DNA of 55,773 bases from a virus (IMGVR_UViG_3300020152_000027:1-55773), one strand, 5' to 3'. Numbered from the stretch's first letter, positions 7,302 to 17,713 are shown. A program made the numbers and translations. The notes: generated from the sequence alone by a model not told the origin.

Positions 7302-7826
7302 GTGAACTGGCGAGAATCACACCGGGCAGACAGGCGGGCTAATCGGCTTGCTAAGAGGCACTACACCTGCCAGACGCCCGCAAGCAACCAGTTCGTCAAG
7401 CCGGGGGGATGTTTAGTGCTGGTGACGAAGAACGCGGACGCTCTGTGGGTGACGAGCAGGCAGAAAGCGGAGTTCACCGATCACGCATGGGCGGGAGCAT
7501 GGGAATGCAGTTTATTCAGGAACGAGGGCAGGCTGCTTTCTTCAACTCTAATCTCAGAGGCAGTGGCAGCGACGGTCGCTTACTACGGCGCGCCTCCCCC
7601 GCTAGGCATGATCACGATGATCGATCCGCGCAAGGTAACAGGGTTTCTCAGGCGCACGGCGAAGGGCGTTGAAATGTCGTGGGGTTATTCATTCCAGCGC
7701 GCCGGGTTTGAGTTCGCGGGATGGACTAAAAGCGGGAAGTACGTCTTGCAGCTGCTACCGGAGAAGATGCCAGCAGCTTCCCCGCATGTCGTCCTTCAAG
7801 CTTCCATGTTCTCGGAGGCGGCATAA
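7302..7826 (+). CDS. GNAT/Mom-like fold phage protein (possible DNA modification)
   Basis: KRHY..QFVKPG, CSLFRNEG..SSTLISEAV, MITMIDPRKV..GYSFQRAGF resemble Mom-related motifs. Confidence 0.4.
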   Translation: MNWRESHRADRRANRLAKRHYTCQTPASNQFVKPGGCLVLVTKNADALWVTSRQKAEFTDHAWAGAWECSLFRNEGRLLSSTLISEAVAATVAYYGAPPPLGMITMIDPRKVTGFLRRTAKGVEMSWGYSFQRAGFEFAGWTKSGKYVLQLLPEKMPAASPHVVLQASMFSEAA

Positions 7827-7871
7827 CCGGATAAATAGTTTTCGTCCGCTACAGGAGAAAGAGAAGGACAG

Positions 7872-8237
7872 ATGAATCAGCCCAGCCTCAACTTTCATAA
7901 GCCGAGAGCGGATAAGAACGTTACCGAGACTTCGCGGGAGTCATACGCAGAGGTCAAGGTCAATCTTCGCGGGAAGTATCTGACTGTTCTATCCGCGCTC
8001 GCAAATTACATCCGCTGGAAGCAGCAGGAGCCGACGGCAAAAGAGTTGATGGAGTACATGGCGGTGACCGATCCGAACCTAGTCCGTCCAAGACTTTCCG
8101 AGATGAAGGACGAGGAACATGCGATGCGCTTCGTCGAGGCGAGCGAGACGCCCCGGAAGTGTTCAGTGACGGGCAAAAACGTCTCGACTTGGCGTTTGAC
8201 GCCGCGGGGCGAGGCTTTCTTGAGGGGGCAGAAATAG
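7872..8237 (+). CDS. Winged-helix DNA-binding protein
   Basis: PTAKELM..DPNLVRPRLSEM..RKCSVTGK..WRLT. Confidence 0.6.
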   Translation: MNQPSLNFHKPRADKNVTETSRESYAEVKVNLRGKYLTVLSALANYIRWKQQEPTAKELMEYMAVTDPNLVRPRLSEMKDEEHAMRFVEASETPRKCSVTGKNVSTWRLTPRGEAFLRGQK

Positions 8238-8621
8238 ATGGACAACGCAGCCTTTCAGATGCGGATCATCAAGATCGAGCGGGAGTATCAGACGGCACTC
8301 GAACGCGTCACAGCCGAGAGGATGCAAGCCCTCAACACTCTCTACGCAGAGATTGGCGCAGACGAAACCCCTCAAGACGAACCGGCTGATATTCCCTTTG
8401 ACCGCCCGCCCCGCTCGTCGGCTGAAACGCTCGAAGGAAAGATTCTGGCCGCGCTGCAAAAACTAGGTTACTCGGAAGAAGCATTGAACCGCTGGTGCGG
8501 TCGCCAGTTCCCCGACTTCCAGCCTGACAAGCATGATTGGTCGGAGATGGCACATGAGCGGAAGTTGATGGTGCTGGCAACGTTTGAGGCGAAAGTGACG
8601 GAGAAAGCAGCGGCGAAGTAA
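8238..8621 (+). CDS. Hypothetical protein
   Basis: Abutting ORF in operon. Confidence 0.55.
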   Translation: MDNAAFQMRIIKIEREYQTALERVTAERMQALNTLYAEIGADETPQDEPADIPFDRPPRSSAETLEGKILAALQKLGYSEEALNRWCGRQFPDFQPDKHDWSEMAHERKLMVLATFEAKVTEKAAAK

Positions 8622-8897
8622 ATGACCACGCGAAGTTACACGATCAAGCCTGCTCAGACCTACACCATGCCCGGCGTGCAGGACGAGAGGCGTGGGTTGA
8701 TAGGCGAAATCAGCGCGATGTACCGCAGATATTTCCAGAGGGAAGTTCGTCATGCGCTCTTGGCGAGCTGGATTGATAAATCACCGGCAGAGTTACGGCA
8801 TATCAGGGATTGCTGGGCGAAGGTCAAAGGGCAGGCTCCGGCAATCACCCCGCAGCCAATAGTACGGACACCTGTAGCAATGGGGCTTTTTGAGTAA
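8622..8897 (+). CDS. Hypothetical protein
   Basis: Abutting ORF in operon. Confidence 0.5.
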   Translation: MTTRSYTIKPAQTYTMPGVQDERRGLIGEISAMYRRYFQREVRHALLASWIDKSPAELRHIRDCWAKVKGQAPAITPQPIVRTPVAMGLFE

Positions 8898-8902
8898 CAG
8901 AT

Positions 8903-9928
8903 ATGAGCAAGATCATTCCTAACAGCTTCCAGACCCCGAACGCCTACATAGACGAGTTTATGGCGTTCCTCACGCCTGAAGAGAATGTAGTACTGACCTA
9001 CACGGCGCGGCGCATCTTCGGCTTTCATAAGGATGAGGATCGTATCAGCCTGTCACAGTACGCGGAGGGCATCAAGGCGCACGACGGCTCTATTTTGGAC
9101 TACGGGACAGGGTTAAATAAGAAAGCCGTCCGGCGCGCTCTGGATGCCCTGATCGCCTTCGGACTCATTATCGAAGTCGAGCCTTACGTTATAGAGACAA
9201 GCACCCCGGCCTGCTACGCGCTCCAACTCGACCCCGAAAAGATAGACTCCAGCGGTCTCCACGCGCGCCGTGCTGCTCGCGTGGCGATGGACTCACGACG
9301 GACGGCCAAAGGTAGAAACGTCGCCACACTTAACCGCGCCGAACGGTCAGACCCTAGTGTGTCCGATAACACACCCCCTGTTCTATCCCATACAACAGCC
9401 CCCCCTGTGTTATCGGACACTACACCCCCTGTTCTATCGGATAGCATACCCCCTGTTGTATCCGACACCACTACAAAAGCCAGAGAGAAACAAAGTAGAA
9501 AACCAGAAGAACCTTTAGGCGAGTCGGCTCACGCCTCCCCGCAAAGCCCCTCGCCAAAATCGAGGACTTCAAAGTCTCCACCCGACCCCCGTTCTCAACA
9601 CCCTGCAATCCAACTCGTCAAGAAATTGATGAGCCGTTACCCAGACAAGATTTGGTACGACGACATCATCGAGATCGTCGGAGAAGAACCAGACGTTGGA
9701 AAACTGACAGCCTGTCGCAAGGATTGGATCGGTAGGGGTTGGAACTCAAATTCGCTCGATTGGATACCGTGGTACAGAGACGGCATCCCCGAAAGGAACG
9801 GCAATGGAAAACAGAGCAACGGCAGCGGATCACATGGAAAATCTGGCGAGTCATCGGAAGTTTCTGACGCTACTCGAAAAGTGTCTGGACGCTTCCAACC
9901 TACCGAAACAGTCGGAAGTTCCCTATGA
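8903..9928 (+). CDS. Lambda O-like replication initiator
   Basis: PNSFQTPNAYIDE..RRIFGFHKDEDRISLSQ..TGL N-terminal domain; internal iterons; followed by helicase loader. Confidence 0.85.
   Translation: MSKIIPNSFQTPNAYIDEFMAFLTPEENVVLTYTARRIFGFHKDEDRISLSQYAEGIKAHDGSILDYGTGLNKKAVRRALDALIAFGLIIEVEPYVIETSTPACYALQLDPEKIDSSGLHARRAARVAMDSRRTAKGRNVATLNRAERSDPSVSDNTPPVLSHTTAPPVLSDTTPPVLSDSIPPVVSDTTTKAREKQSRKPEEPLGESAHASPQSPSPKSRTSKSPPDPRSQHPAIQLVKKLMSRYPDKIWYDDIIEIVGEEPDVGKLTACRKDWIGRGWNSNSLDWIPWYRDGIPERNGNGKQSNGSGSHGKSGESSEVSDATRKVSGRFQPTETVGSSL
9351..9475 (+). repeat. Iteron array (lytic origin) inside the O-like gene
   Basis: About five ~24-bp repeats of CCCCCTGT(T/G)(C/G/T)TATC(C/G)(G/C)A encoding PPVLSDTT. 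Confidence 0.8.
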
Positions 9929-10658
9929 CTGCGACGACTGCTCGGATATGGGCGTCGTGTTCGGGAAGCATGAAGTGGACGGCAGACAGTACACCCATGC
10001 CAAGCCCTGCGTCTGCCGTCGGCGCAAGGCCGTCGAGTATTTGATGGAGACCATTGACCAGAGATTCAAACGGTTCGCGCCTCCCCGGCTGGCCGACCTC
10101 TCTCCCCGATATGACTGCTTCCGCGATGACCCGGCAGGCTCGAAATGGGTAGGCGACGCACAGGCTGAAGCGATTGCCTTGATGTGCGCGAATCCCTTCA
10201 GTTCTTTCGTGTTCGGGGGAGACAACGACACCGGGAAAACTCACATGGCCTATTCGCTGCTGGTCAATGCGTGTGAGACGGGGCGCACCTGCGTCCATAT
10301 CAAGCTGAGAGACCTTTTGGACGAGTGGGGCAAGGAAGCCAGAGGGGAGGCGGGGAAGGACGGTAAGGCGTTCCGTTCTACCGTTAGGGCAAGCGACCTC
10401 GCGCGAGGTCAATGGTCAATCCTGCTCGACGAGTTCGACAAGACGGGCGTGACGGAGTTCAGGAGCGCGGAACTCTATAACTTCCTTGATGAAATCTGGC
10501 GCAAAGGCCATCAACTGATCGTGACGGTCAACTTGCGTAAAGATCGGGTGATCGAGAAGTGGTCTCGGATTGATGAGACCTACGGAGCGTCCATCGCCAA
10601 AAGGCTGTACTCGGAAGCTAGAGGCGTCGGCCTGTTCGTTGACGAGATTAAGAAATGA
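9804..10658 (+). CDS. DnaC/IstB-like AAA+ helicase loader
   Basis: CDDC...CVC zinc motif, Walker A GDNDTGKT, Walker B ILLDE. Confidence 0.85.
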   Translation: MENRATAADHMENLASHRKFLTLLEKCLDASNLPKQSEVPYDCDDCSDMGVVFGKHEVDGRQYTHAKPCVCRRRKAVEYLMETIDQRFKRFAPPRLADLSPRYDCFRDDPAGSKWVGDAQAEAIALMCANPFSSFVFGGDNDTGKTHMAYSLLVNACETGRTCVHIKLRDLLDEWGKEARGEAGKDGKAFRSTVRASDLARGQWSILLDEFDKTGVTEFRSAELYNFLDEIWRKGHQLIVTVNLRKDRVIEKWSRIDETYGASIAKRLYSEARGVGLFVDEIKK

Positions 10659-10659
10659 C

Positions 10660-10782
10660 AGTTTCCGTCCGCCACTCAGGGCGGAGATAGAAAGGGACAA
10701 ACAAGATCAGGTAATGAGGCGAACAGGTGATCTTGACGAATTTAATTTGAGTGTGTGAGCGCGTTACCGCGCAAGTGAAAAG
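10660..10782 (+). repeat. Conserved intergenic element, copy 1
   Basis: Hairpin TCCGCC..GGCGGA + TAATGAGGCGAAC (10712) + AGCGCGTTACCGCGC (10758). Confidence 0.7.
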
Positions 10783-12099
10783 ATGAAGCCATTTTATCAA
10801 GACCAAGATCGGACGGTGTACGCGGGCGACAATCGCTTGGTGCTGCCTCTGTTGCCGTCTGACTTCTACGATTCGTGCGTGACCGATCCCCCGGCTGGCA
10901 TCGGCTTCATGAACAAGGAATGGGACAAGGCCAAAGGCGGGCGCGACTCTTGGATCGCGTGGATGGCCGAAGTGATGAAGGAGGTCAAGCGCACGCTCAA
11001 GCCGGGGGCGCACGCGCTTGTATGGGCATTGCCTAGAACCTCTCATTGGACGGCGACCGCGCTAGAAGATGCGGGCTTTGAAATCCGTGACATCGTGAAC
11101 CATTTGTTCGGCACAGGCTTCCCTAAAAGTCTCGACGTGTCGAAAGCGATTGACAAGATGAAGGGCGCGGAGCGGGATGTTATCGGGCAAAAGAATATCG
11201 GGTTAGGTAATCGGCGCGGTAATGGATTCCGACATGCTGGCGATGGTGAAGGCGTCCCGGTGACGCTTCCGGCGACGGAAGATGCCGCCCGCTGGCAAGG
11301 CTGGGGTACTGCCTTAAAGCCTGCCGTCGAGCATTGGATTCTATGTCGCAAGCCTCTTTCTGAAACCTCTGTTGCCGGGAATGTTATTGAGCATGGTACG
11401 GGCGCATTGAATATTGACGGTTGCCGAATAGAAACAGGGGAAAGTCTGTCAAGTGGGCGACATATTCAAGCAGCCCGCACTTATCCAAGTGGGTATAAAG
11501 ATACACACCGAACTGAATATCAGCAGTCCTCTCTGGGTCGCTGGCCTGCCAACCTAATCTTAGACGACTACACGGCAGAGCTACTTGACGAGCAGAGCGG
11601 GCAATTAACAAGTGGGACGGGTGCGGTTAAGCGGGTGACATCTGCAGGCTATCAGTCAAACGCCTATGGGAAAGAAAGTCGCGCCATCGGCACGCCCAAT
11701 GTTGAATATGGAGATACGGGCGGTGCGTCGAGATATTTCTACGTTGCCAAGCCTTCACGGGCAGAGCGCAACGAAGGTCTGGAAGATCGCTCACGCGTCA
11801 ACGTCAACGACGGTCGCAAGACTTCGATAGACAACCCTTTCCAGCGCGGCGACACGCCCCGGCAAAACACACACCCGACGGTCAAACCCATTGAGCTAAT
11901 GCGCTACTTGGTGCGCCTTGTGACGCCCGAAGGCGGGACGGTGCTCGATCCGTTCATGGGTTCGGGTACGACCGGAATAGCGTGTGAGATAGAAGCCCGT
12001 AACTTCGTCGGCATTGAGCTAGATGAGACTTACTGCGACATAGCAGTTAAGCGCATGACGGCCAGATGCCTACCTTTAATGCTGAATGTCGCCCCTTAA
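10783..12099 (+). CDS. DNA N6-adenine/N4-cytosine methyltransferase (beta class)
   Basis: VTDPPA catalytic motif, HPTVKP, VLDPFMGSGTT SAM-binding motif. Confidence 0.9.
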   Translation: MKPFYQDQDRTVYAGDNRLVLPLLPSDFYDSCVTDPPAGIGFMNKEWDKAKGGRDSWIAWMAEVMKEVKRTLKPGAHALVWALPRTSHWTATALEDAGFEIRDIVNHLFGTGFPKSLDVSKAIDKMKGAERDVIGQKNIGLGNRRGNGFRHAGDGEGVPVTLPATEDAARWQGWGTALKPAVEHWILCRKPLSETSVAGNVIEHGTGALNIDGCRIETGESLSSGRHIQAARTYPSGYKDTHRTEYQQSSLGRWPANLILDDYTAELLDEQSGQLTSGTGAVKRVTSAGYQSNAYGKESRAIGTPNVEYGDTGGASRYFYVAKPSRAERNEGLEDRSRVNVNDGRKTSIDNPFQRGDTPRQNTHPTVKPIELMRYLVRLVTPEGGTVLDPFMGSGTTGIACEIEARNFVGIELDETYCDIAVKRMTARCLPLMLNVAP

Positions 12100-12243
12100 T
12101 CGCGTCAAGAAAGCGCAGAGGGGCGGGCACAGGTCAAGTAATGAAGCAAACAGTATCTTGGAAATGAAACGCACGAATCCTTTTTGATTGCAGGGGAGTT
12201 AAAGCTGATGAGGACGGCGATGGTGCTGTGAGAGGTAATAACA

Positions 12244-12537
12244 ATGCGACTTACATGTCCTGAATGTGGCGGCTTTGACATCATGTCCGACAGTGACTTG
12301 CGCGGCGTTTGCTCCTGCGGTTTCGCATGGGACAACACACCAGAGGATGCCGAGCAATCTCCCTTAGAAGGACACCCGATTGACCGTGAAGCGGCAAAGG
12401 GCTGTGGTTTCTGTTACGGACGTGGGCTTGCCGGTTATCAGGATTATTGGGAGAAGCCGTGTCCACGTTGCCAGAGGCAGCATTACCCAAGGCCAAAGGG
12501 CGAATTGGATGAGGTGGAAAATGTTGAACTTTATTAA
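12244..12537 (+). CDS. Zinc-finger hypothetical protein
   Basis: CPEC, CSCG, CGFC, CPRC. Confidence 0.55.
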   Translation: MRLTCPECGGFDIMSDSDLRGVCSCGFAWDNTPEDAEQSPLEGHPIDREAAKGCGFCYGRGLAGYQDYWEKPCPRCQRQHYPRPKGELDEVENVELY

Positions 12538-13490
12538 GTGTTTAATTTGCATCGTTACTGACGGGCACGACCCCGCGCCTACGGGGAGAATAAAACTCCT
12601 GCATCAAGTGGGGGCGGACGAAGGGTTTGCCGCGATGCTTCATTCTGAGTGTATGTTCTGTGGCAAGAAGTTGGGTGACTGGAAGCCGATGGAGGAATGT
12701 CCAGAACGAAAGGAGGAACAGCATGACAGCTAAAGAATGGGGAGAATACATAGTCGGGCAATTGCACATCCCTGACCCCAAGCAGCGCGAGTGGTTGAAG
12801 CGTCAGATCGCGCAAGTTGCGGAAGATAGCTTTGAGGCATCCCGTAAAGTCGCCCATCGCTACATGGACATGTACCCGACTCCTGCGAATAAGTTTCAGG
12901 AAGGGTACAAGTTGGCAGCAACTAATATCGCCTCTGGCATCTGCCTGATAGGGGTTGAAGATGAACCGGCAAAGTAAGTTTGCGTTTGTCCTCTTTTTGT
13001 TGGCCTGCGCGTACTGGGTTTACTTCGTGCTAACGAATTTTTAGAGACGTAGAAAGGAAAACTATGCAAATTGATTTCACGCCTGACGGACGGATTAAAG
13101 CGGACATGACGCCCGATGAACTAACAATGCTGATGATCATGGTAACGAATAACATCTCGCCTTCAAGCATTCTTGAGAAGTCGGATGATCTTGCGAACGA
13201 TGGCACGACCAAATCGGATGCGGGAAGCGGAGATTCGATAGGTCAAGCGGCGGGCATCGTGGCCTGAATAGTTTTCAGAGATGGGAAACGGATATTGAGA
13301 GGGGGAGAGAAATGGTCAATATCATGGAAGCAAACGGCCAGTTGTTTGAAGGTAAAACCGTGATCTGTTCCGGGTGCGGCCAAGAGCATGAATCTTACGA
13401 CCCACATACGCCCGAAGGTGGCTATGAATACTGTGACGATTGCGTTGAAAGTGATCGTGAAGATGAAGCGCGGGAAAGGGCTGATCGCTG

Positions 13491-13925
13491 ATGGGATTGC
13501 AGATGACACCGCAGGAAGTCGAAGCGCACAACGCCAGAGTCATAGCAGGGCGGAGAGGCGTGTCTCAGGTCAATTCTGCGCAAGTACGGCCTAAGCGAGA
13601 GGGGCGCGTCAAAGGTGCGAAGCAGACGGAAGTGGACGGCATCAAGTTCCCGTCGAAGAAAGAGGCGCGCAGGTATCAGGAATTAAAGATCATTCAACGC
13701 GCCGAAGGTATCCGGCGACTGAGGCGGCAGATCACCTTTCCTTTGGTTGTGAAAGGCTGGCCTGTTTATGAAGAGGGCTATCGCGCTGATTTTACTTACT
13801 ACGAACTTGAGCGCGGTGAATGGTTTTATGTTGTCGAAGATACCAAAGGCCACAAGACGGAAACCTACTTAAACAAGAAACGGTTGATGAAGGCTATCTA
13901 CGGCATTGAAATCCGCGAATCGTGA
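13491..13925 (+). CDS. DUF1064-family PD-(D/E)xK endonuclease
   Basis: VDGIKFPSKKEARRYQEL..YRADFTY..VVEDTKG. Confidence 0.85.
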   Translation: MGLQMTPQEVEAHNARVIAGRRGVSQVNSAQVRPKREGRVKGAKQTEVDGIKFPSKKEARRYQELKIIQRAEGIRRLRRQITFPLVVKGWPVYEEGYRADFTYYELERGEWFYVVEDTKGHKTETYLNKKRLMKAIYGIEIRES

Positions 13926-14045
13926 GTCTCCGCCCGTTCGGGTGGAGGGGGAGCAGGATTTGATAATGAGGCGAACGACGAGCCTTGAGTAGTTTTACTG
14001 GTTCTATTGCAGCGCGTTACCGCGCGAGGTGAAGGAGAAGCACTT
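13926..14045 (+). repeat. Conserved intergenic element, copy 2
   Basis: Hairpin CTCCGCCC..GGGTGGAG + TAATGAGGCGAAC (13964) + AGCGCGTTACCGCGC (14011). Confidence 0.7.
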
Positions 14046-14504
14046 ATGTCAACGCAAGCACCAATTCCAGAAGGCCACCCCCTGCGCGCGGCGTGGGATG
14101 CCTATGCGGCTACAGATGAATTTGCGAATAGCCTTAGATGGGCTGAGACGGCGAAGGTGGAAGTAACGCACCCTCATACCCTCGGGTCGATGTGGGCTGT
14201 TTTCGAGGCAGGATTCCGAGCCGGAAATGAGCAAGCCACGGAAAGAAGTAGCGAAGCGATTGACGGACAGTTGAACGAGCCGGGGTCAGCTTCAAGCGGC
14301 AGCATTCAGGGTGCGGACGTGGGGATTCAATTCTTAGAAGAATGCGCTGTGCGAGCAGAGGCGGGCGGGCAGATGACATTAGACCAAGCCCTCAGTCATT
14401 ACGTTTCTGGCAACGAATGGCTAAAGCGAAGGATTGAACAGGGTACGCCGTGTGGATGTGGCGGTTGTCACTACTGCGCCTACAACTACCTCCGCACCAG
14501 ATGA
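14046..14504 (+). CDS. Hypothetical protein
   Basis: AAGGAG RBS; C-terminal Cys cluster. Confidence 0.55.
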   Translation: MSTQAPIPEGHPLRAAWDAYAATDEFANSLRWAETAKVEVTHPHTLGSMWAVFEAGFRAGNEQATERSSEAIDGQLNEPGSASSGSIQGADVGIQFLEECAVRAEAGGQMTLDQALSHYVSGNEWLKRRIEQGTPCGCGGCHYCAYNYLRTR

Positions 14505-14529
14505 ACGCGCAAATTGAAGGAGTAAGCAG

Positions 14530-14838
14530 ATGAAACAGAGGACAGCAAAATCATTGAACTGTGAAGATGCATTGGTTGACTTTACTGCTGCCGTGAATAA
14601 GCGGGATGCGGCGCAGAGCCTAGCTAACAGGATAGCCAATGGCGAAGTTGAGCCTATTGAGGCGCGGGCGATTGCGGGCTATGTCGAGAAACTTTTCATG
14701 TTTATGTCTGAGTTCGTGCCTGAAGATGTGATCCGCGAACACGCAATCAGGAATGGCAAGACGGGCGAGGCGGATAGCTACGAAGAGATGGGCAAGCGGT
14801 TAGTTCCCGTGCCCTCATCTCCGACTTTTTACGCATAG
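14530..14838 (+). CDS. Hypothetical protein
   Basis: AAGGAG RBS. Confidence 0.55.
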   Translation: MKQRTAKSLNCEDALVDFTAAVNKRDAAQSLANRIANGEVEPIEARAIAGYVEKLFMFMSEFVPEDVIREHAIRNGKTGEADSYEEMGKRLVPVPSSPTFYA

Positions 14839-14878
14839 TTGATTTCTTAATCTCTGCCACGCGGCAGGGGGTGGGTAA

Positions 14879-15295
14879 ATGAAGACTCAAAGCCTCAAAG
14901 GTAAGCGATACGGAGACCTCGTAGTCGTGAGAACGTACAAGGTACTGCGTCGCTCTTGGGTGCGCGCCCGCTGCGTTCGCGTGCTGCCGGACGGCGAACA
15001 GTGCGGAAAACTCCGTCACGTCGAAGCCAGAAGGCTGCGTCAGGCCAATGCCTGTGAAGAGTGCTCTGGCAAAGTCTGGCGGACGGGGCAGGTGGTCAGG
15101 AATGAAACGCTATACCTGAACGGGCAAGAGGTAGTTACCCAGTCGAACTACAAGGAAAGGTTCTGGACGCTGGGGATTGAGTACAGAATCGAAGTGTTGA
15201 GGATGATTTATAAGAGGCAGTTGGATAGTGATAACGAATGGGAAGCGGTTGAAGCAGTGGTACAGATGCTTGAGCCTGCCCGACGTTGCGCATAA
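14879..15295 (+). CDS. Zinc-ribbon protein resembling the N-terminus of AP2/HNH-associated proteins
   Basis: LKGKRYGDLVVVR..C..CG..CEEC. Confidence 0.45.
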   Translation: MKTQSLKGKRYGDLVVVRTYKVLRRSWVRARCVRVLPDGEQCGKLRHVEARRLRQANACEECSGKVWRTGQVVRNETLYLNGQEVVTQSNYKERFWTLGIEYRIEVLRMIYKRQLDSDNEWEAVEAVVQMLEPARRCA

Positions 15296-15534
15296 AGAGA
15301 GAGGGAAGCGATGGACGAAGCGACGTTGAGCCACTTGAAGGCTACATGCGAGCGACGGGAAATGCTCGGCACGCTTCGACCCGTGTGCGGGAAGTGCGGG
15401 GAGGCGTTCCAGATTCAGCTACGTGAGTACTTAGGTACACCTGCTAAGTGGAAGTGTCGGACGTGTGGCTACAAGTGGGAATACGAGCCGCCCGCCGCTG
15501 CGCATGAAAGGGTGGTCGCGGTACATAGAGAAGG

Positions 15535-16077
15535 GTGAGGGAGATGGCTAGGCATCCGACAATTAGAGATTATCCCGTAGGTCGTGACGCGGCGGGCAAG
15601 CCTCTGTGTCGCTGGTGCAGGGGTGCTGTGAAGCCGCCACGTCGAACGATGTGTTCCGCTGCCTGTGTTGCCGAATTAGAGCTTAGAACTAATCCCAATA
15701 TTCTACGCGACAAGATATTGAAGCGCGATAAGGGCATCTGTGCGGCGTGCGGGTGTGACACGTTGAAGATCGGGCGAGTGCTGCGATTCGCGGCCATGTC
15801 AAAGTATCGAACCGAAAGTGTAAATAACGTGTTTGTTGGCATGTTCCTTTACGGTGAAGGTAGTCCTATTCGCAGGATTCTCCACTACAACCCGTCGCGC
15901 TCCTACTGGGAAGCCGATCATATCTTGGAAGTCGTGAGAGGCGGAGAGTTTTCACTTGAGAACATGCAGACGCTTTGCGTGCCGTGCCACAAGCAAAAGA
16001 CAGCGAAGTTAGCAAGAGAGCGAGCGCAGGAGCGGAGAGCGTCAAAGGCTCGACCATTACTTGAAAACGTGGCTTGA
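15535..16077 (+). CDS. HNH endonuclease
   Basis: RDKGICAACG..EADHI..GG..NMQTLCVPCHKQKT. Confidence 0.9.
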   Translation: MREMARHPTIRDYPVGRDAAGKPLCRWCRGAVKPPRRTMCSAACVAELELRTNPNILRDKILKRDKGICAACGCDTLKIGRVLRFAAMSKYRTESVNNVFVGMFLYGEGSPIRRILHYNPSRSYWEADHILEVVRGGEFSLENMQTLCVPCHKQKTAKLARERAQERRASKARPLLENVA

Positions 16078-16611
16078 GAAGGGTAGAGGATGCCGATAAC
16101 TAAACTCTGTGCAAATTGCGATCATATAAAAACGCTTCACCATCTCGTCAAGGGTGAAAGTACCGGCTCATGCTCGGTCGCTACCTGTGGCTGTACGGGC
16201 TATAAAAACCGTGCGGAACGGGCAGGTAATCGTGCTATAGTGTCCACTACGGACGCGCGCGAAGAGTTACAAAATGTCCGTCGCACCTTAGTTGGATTGT
16301 TGAGCCGAGTAGATCGCGCGCTCGGGATAGAAAACTAAATCAGAGCCAAGACTCGTTCTCGCTCGCCTTATATGCTTCCCAAGACTCGTTCTCGGAAGAT
16401 AGGGCGAGCGTTTCGTCGTTTTAGGCCAAGTTTATTTTGCTGCAAGCGCGGCGAAAGATAGTCAGCATGAAACTGCAACTTGGAGTCTTACTGCTCACCG
16501 CATGGATCGGTCTGGTGCATCTTGAATTAGATGCGTGGCGGATCGTATTTCGCGGAAGGACGTGGTGCAGGTTGCCATAGCGTTGCTGCAAGCGCAGCAA
16601 TAAGAGCCGAC

Positions 16612-16776
16612 ATGGTAGAGAGAGAAACACAGCTTGAGTTAGACCGCTTTGAGGATGCTTCAAAGGCGGTGTGCTACGACAGAGAAGGTCGTGAGCTGGT
16701 TTTAGATGAAAGCCTGTTGCCCGTCGAAGTTAAAGAGGGTGACGAGTTCATCTTGATTATTCGCACGATAGATTGA
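16612..16776 (+). CDS. DUF3006-like small protein
   Basis: LDRFED..AVC..LLPVEVKEGD pattern. Confidence 0.55.
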   Translation: MVERETQLELDRFEDASKAVCYDREGRELVLDESLLPVEVKEGDEFILIIRTID

Positions 16777-16861
16777 TTCTCTGCGCGCTTCCCTTCCGTG
16801 CGCGAGATGGGGCGGTCAGGTAGAGGTTGAAGCACCTGTTGCTCGCCGCCCCTTTAAAACT

Positions 16862-17179
16862 ATGGACACGACAACCAACCAACAGATCGCCCGCATTGAG
16901 CCGCCAAAAGAGGGCACGGCCACATCGAGCTTCAAAGTCGTCATCGTCTCGGCTCTCGCGCCCGTCGCCTTACTGCTCGCGCTGATCATCGGACTGGCGT
17001 TGATAGACGATCCGGCAGTGAGGTCAATCTTGATCGACGCCCTTCGATATTTAGTGATGACGGGCATTATCGCCGGGGGTGCTATCGGCTGGAAATACGT
17101 AGACAAGCGGGGCGATGTCTCGGTGGCGAAAGTAGAAGCCCTCGCGCAAAGCGTGGCCGGTCAGATGGAGGATAAGTAG
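16862..17179 (+). CDS. Putative holin (2 TM)
   Basis: Two TM helices, charged C-terminus, start of late region. Confidence 0.55.
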   Translation: MDTTTNQQIARIEPPKEGTATSSFKVVIVSALAPVALLLALIIGLALIDDPAVRSILIDALRYLVMTGIIAGGAIGWKYVDKRGDVSVAKVEALAQSVAGQMEDK

Positions 17180-17200
17180 TGAAATGGCGACGAAAGGCGG

Positions 17201-17713
17201 GTGAAAAAGAATGACCCTTTTACTCATACTTATCGCCTGCGCATTGATCGTCTTGCTGATCGCAAAAACGGTCGGAGGCTCGCACGATTGAACCGCTACA
17301 TCAACAACGTGATCGCATTCGTGACCGCCCGCCCGGTGTGGCTCGTCGCCCTGCTCGTGCTCGTCGCGGCTCTCTCCATCGGCGGTTACTCCAGTTGCCA
17401 ATCAGCCCGCTACGACCGCACGGACGCGAAGCATGAAGCGGAAAAGGCAACATTACGCGCTGAACGGGATGCGGCACTAAAGCAAGCCAACGATGCGGAA
17501 GCGCGTGCAGTGTTTGCGGAGGCCAAGAATGCGCAGACTGACCAACTCATTGAAGCGAGCACGGGCAAGATTAAAGAAGCGGAGGCACAACTTGAGGTAC
17601 GCATTGAAGAAGCGAAGCGCGGGGCAGGTAGCTGTAGCGGCATTGTTGACGCTATTGCTCACCGGAGTTGCGTTTGCGCAAAACTCACCGCCGCCGGTTT
17701 CCCCTGCGCCTGA
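17201..17713 (+). CDS. Putative spanin-like protein (TM + coiled coil, C-terminal cysteines)
   Basis: Hydrophobic anchor, Ala/Glu-rich coiled coil, overlapped by the next exported ORF. Confidence 0.5.
   Translation: MKKNDPFTHTYRLRIDRLADRKNGRRLARLNRYINNVIAFVTARPVWLVALLVLVAALSIGGYSSCQSARYDRTDAKHEAEKATLRAERDAALKQANDAEARAVFAEAKNAQTDQLIEASTGKIKEAEAQLEVRIEEAKRGAGSCSGIVDAIAHRSCVCAKLTAAGFPCA

Noticed and set aside
9351-9475. Possible CRISPR or novel repeat protein
   Set aside because: No unique spacers; classic iterons inside an O-like initiator
16346-16396. Possible mini-CRISPR (two 16-bp repeats)
   Set aside because: Repeats and spacer too short, only two copies, no cas genes
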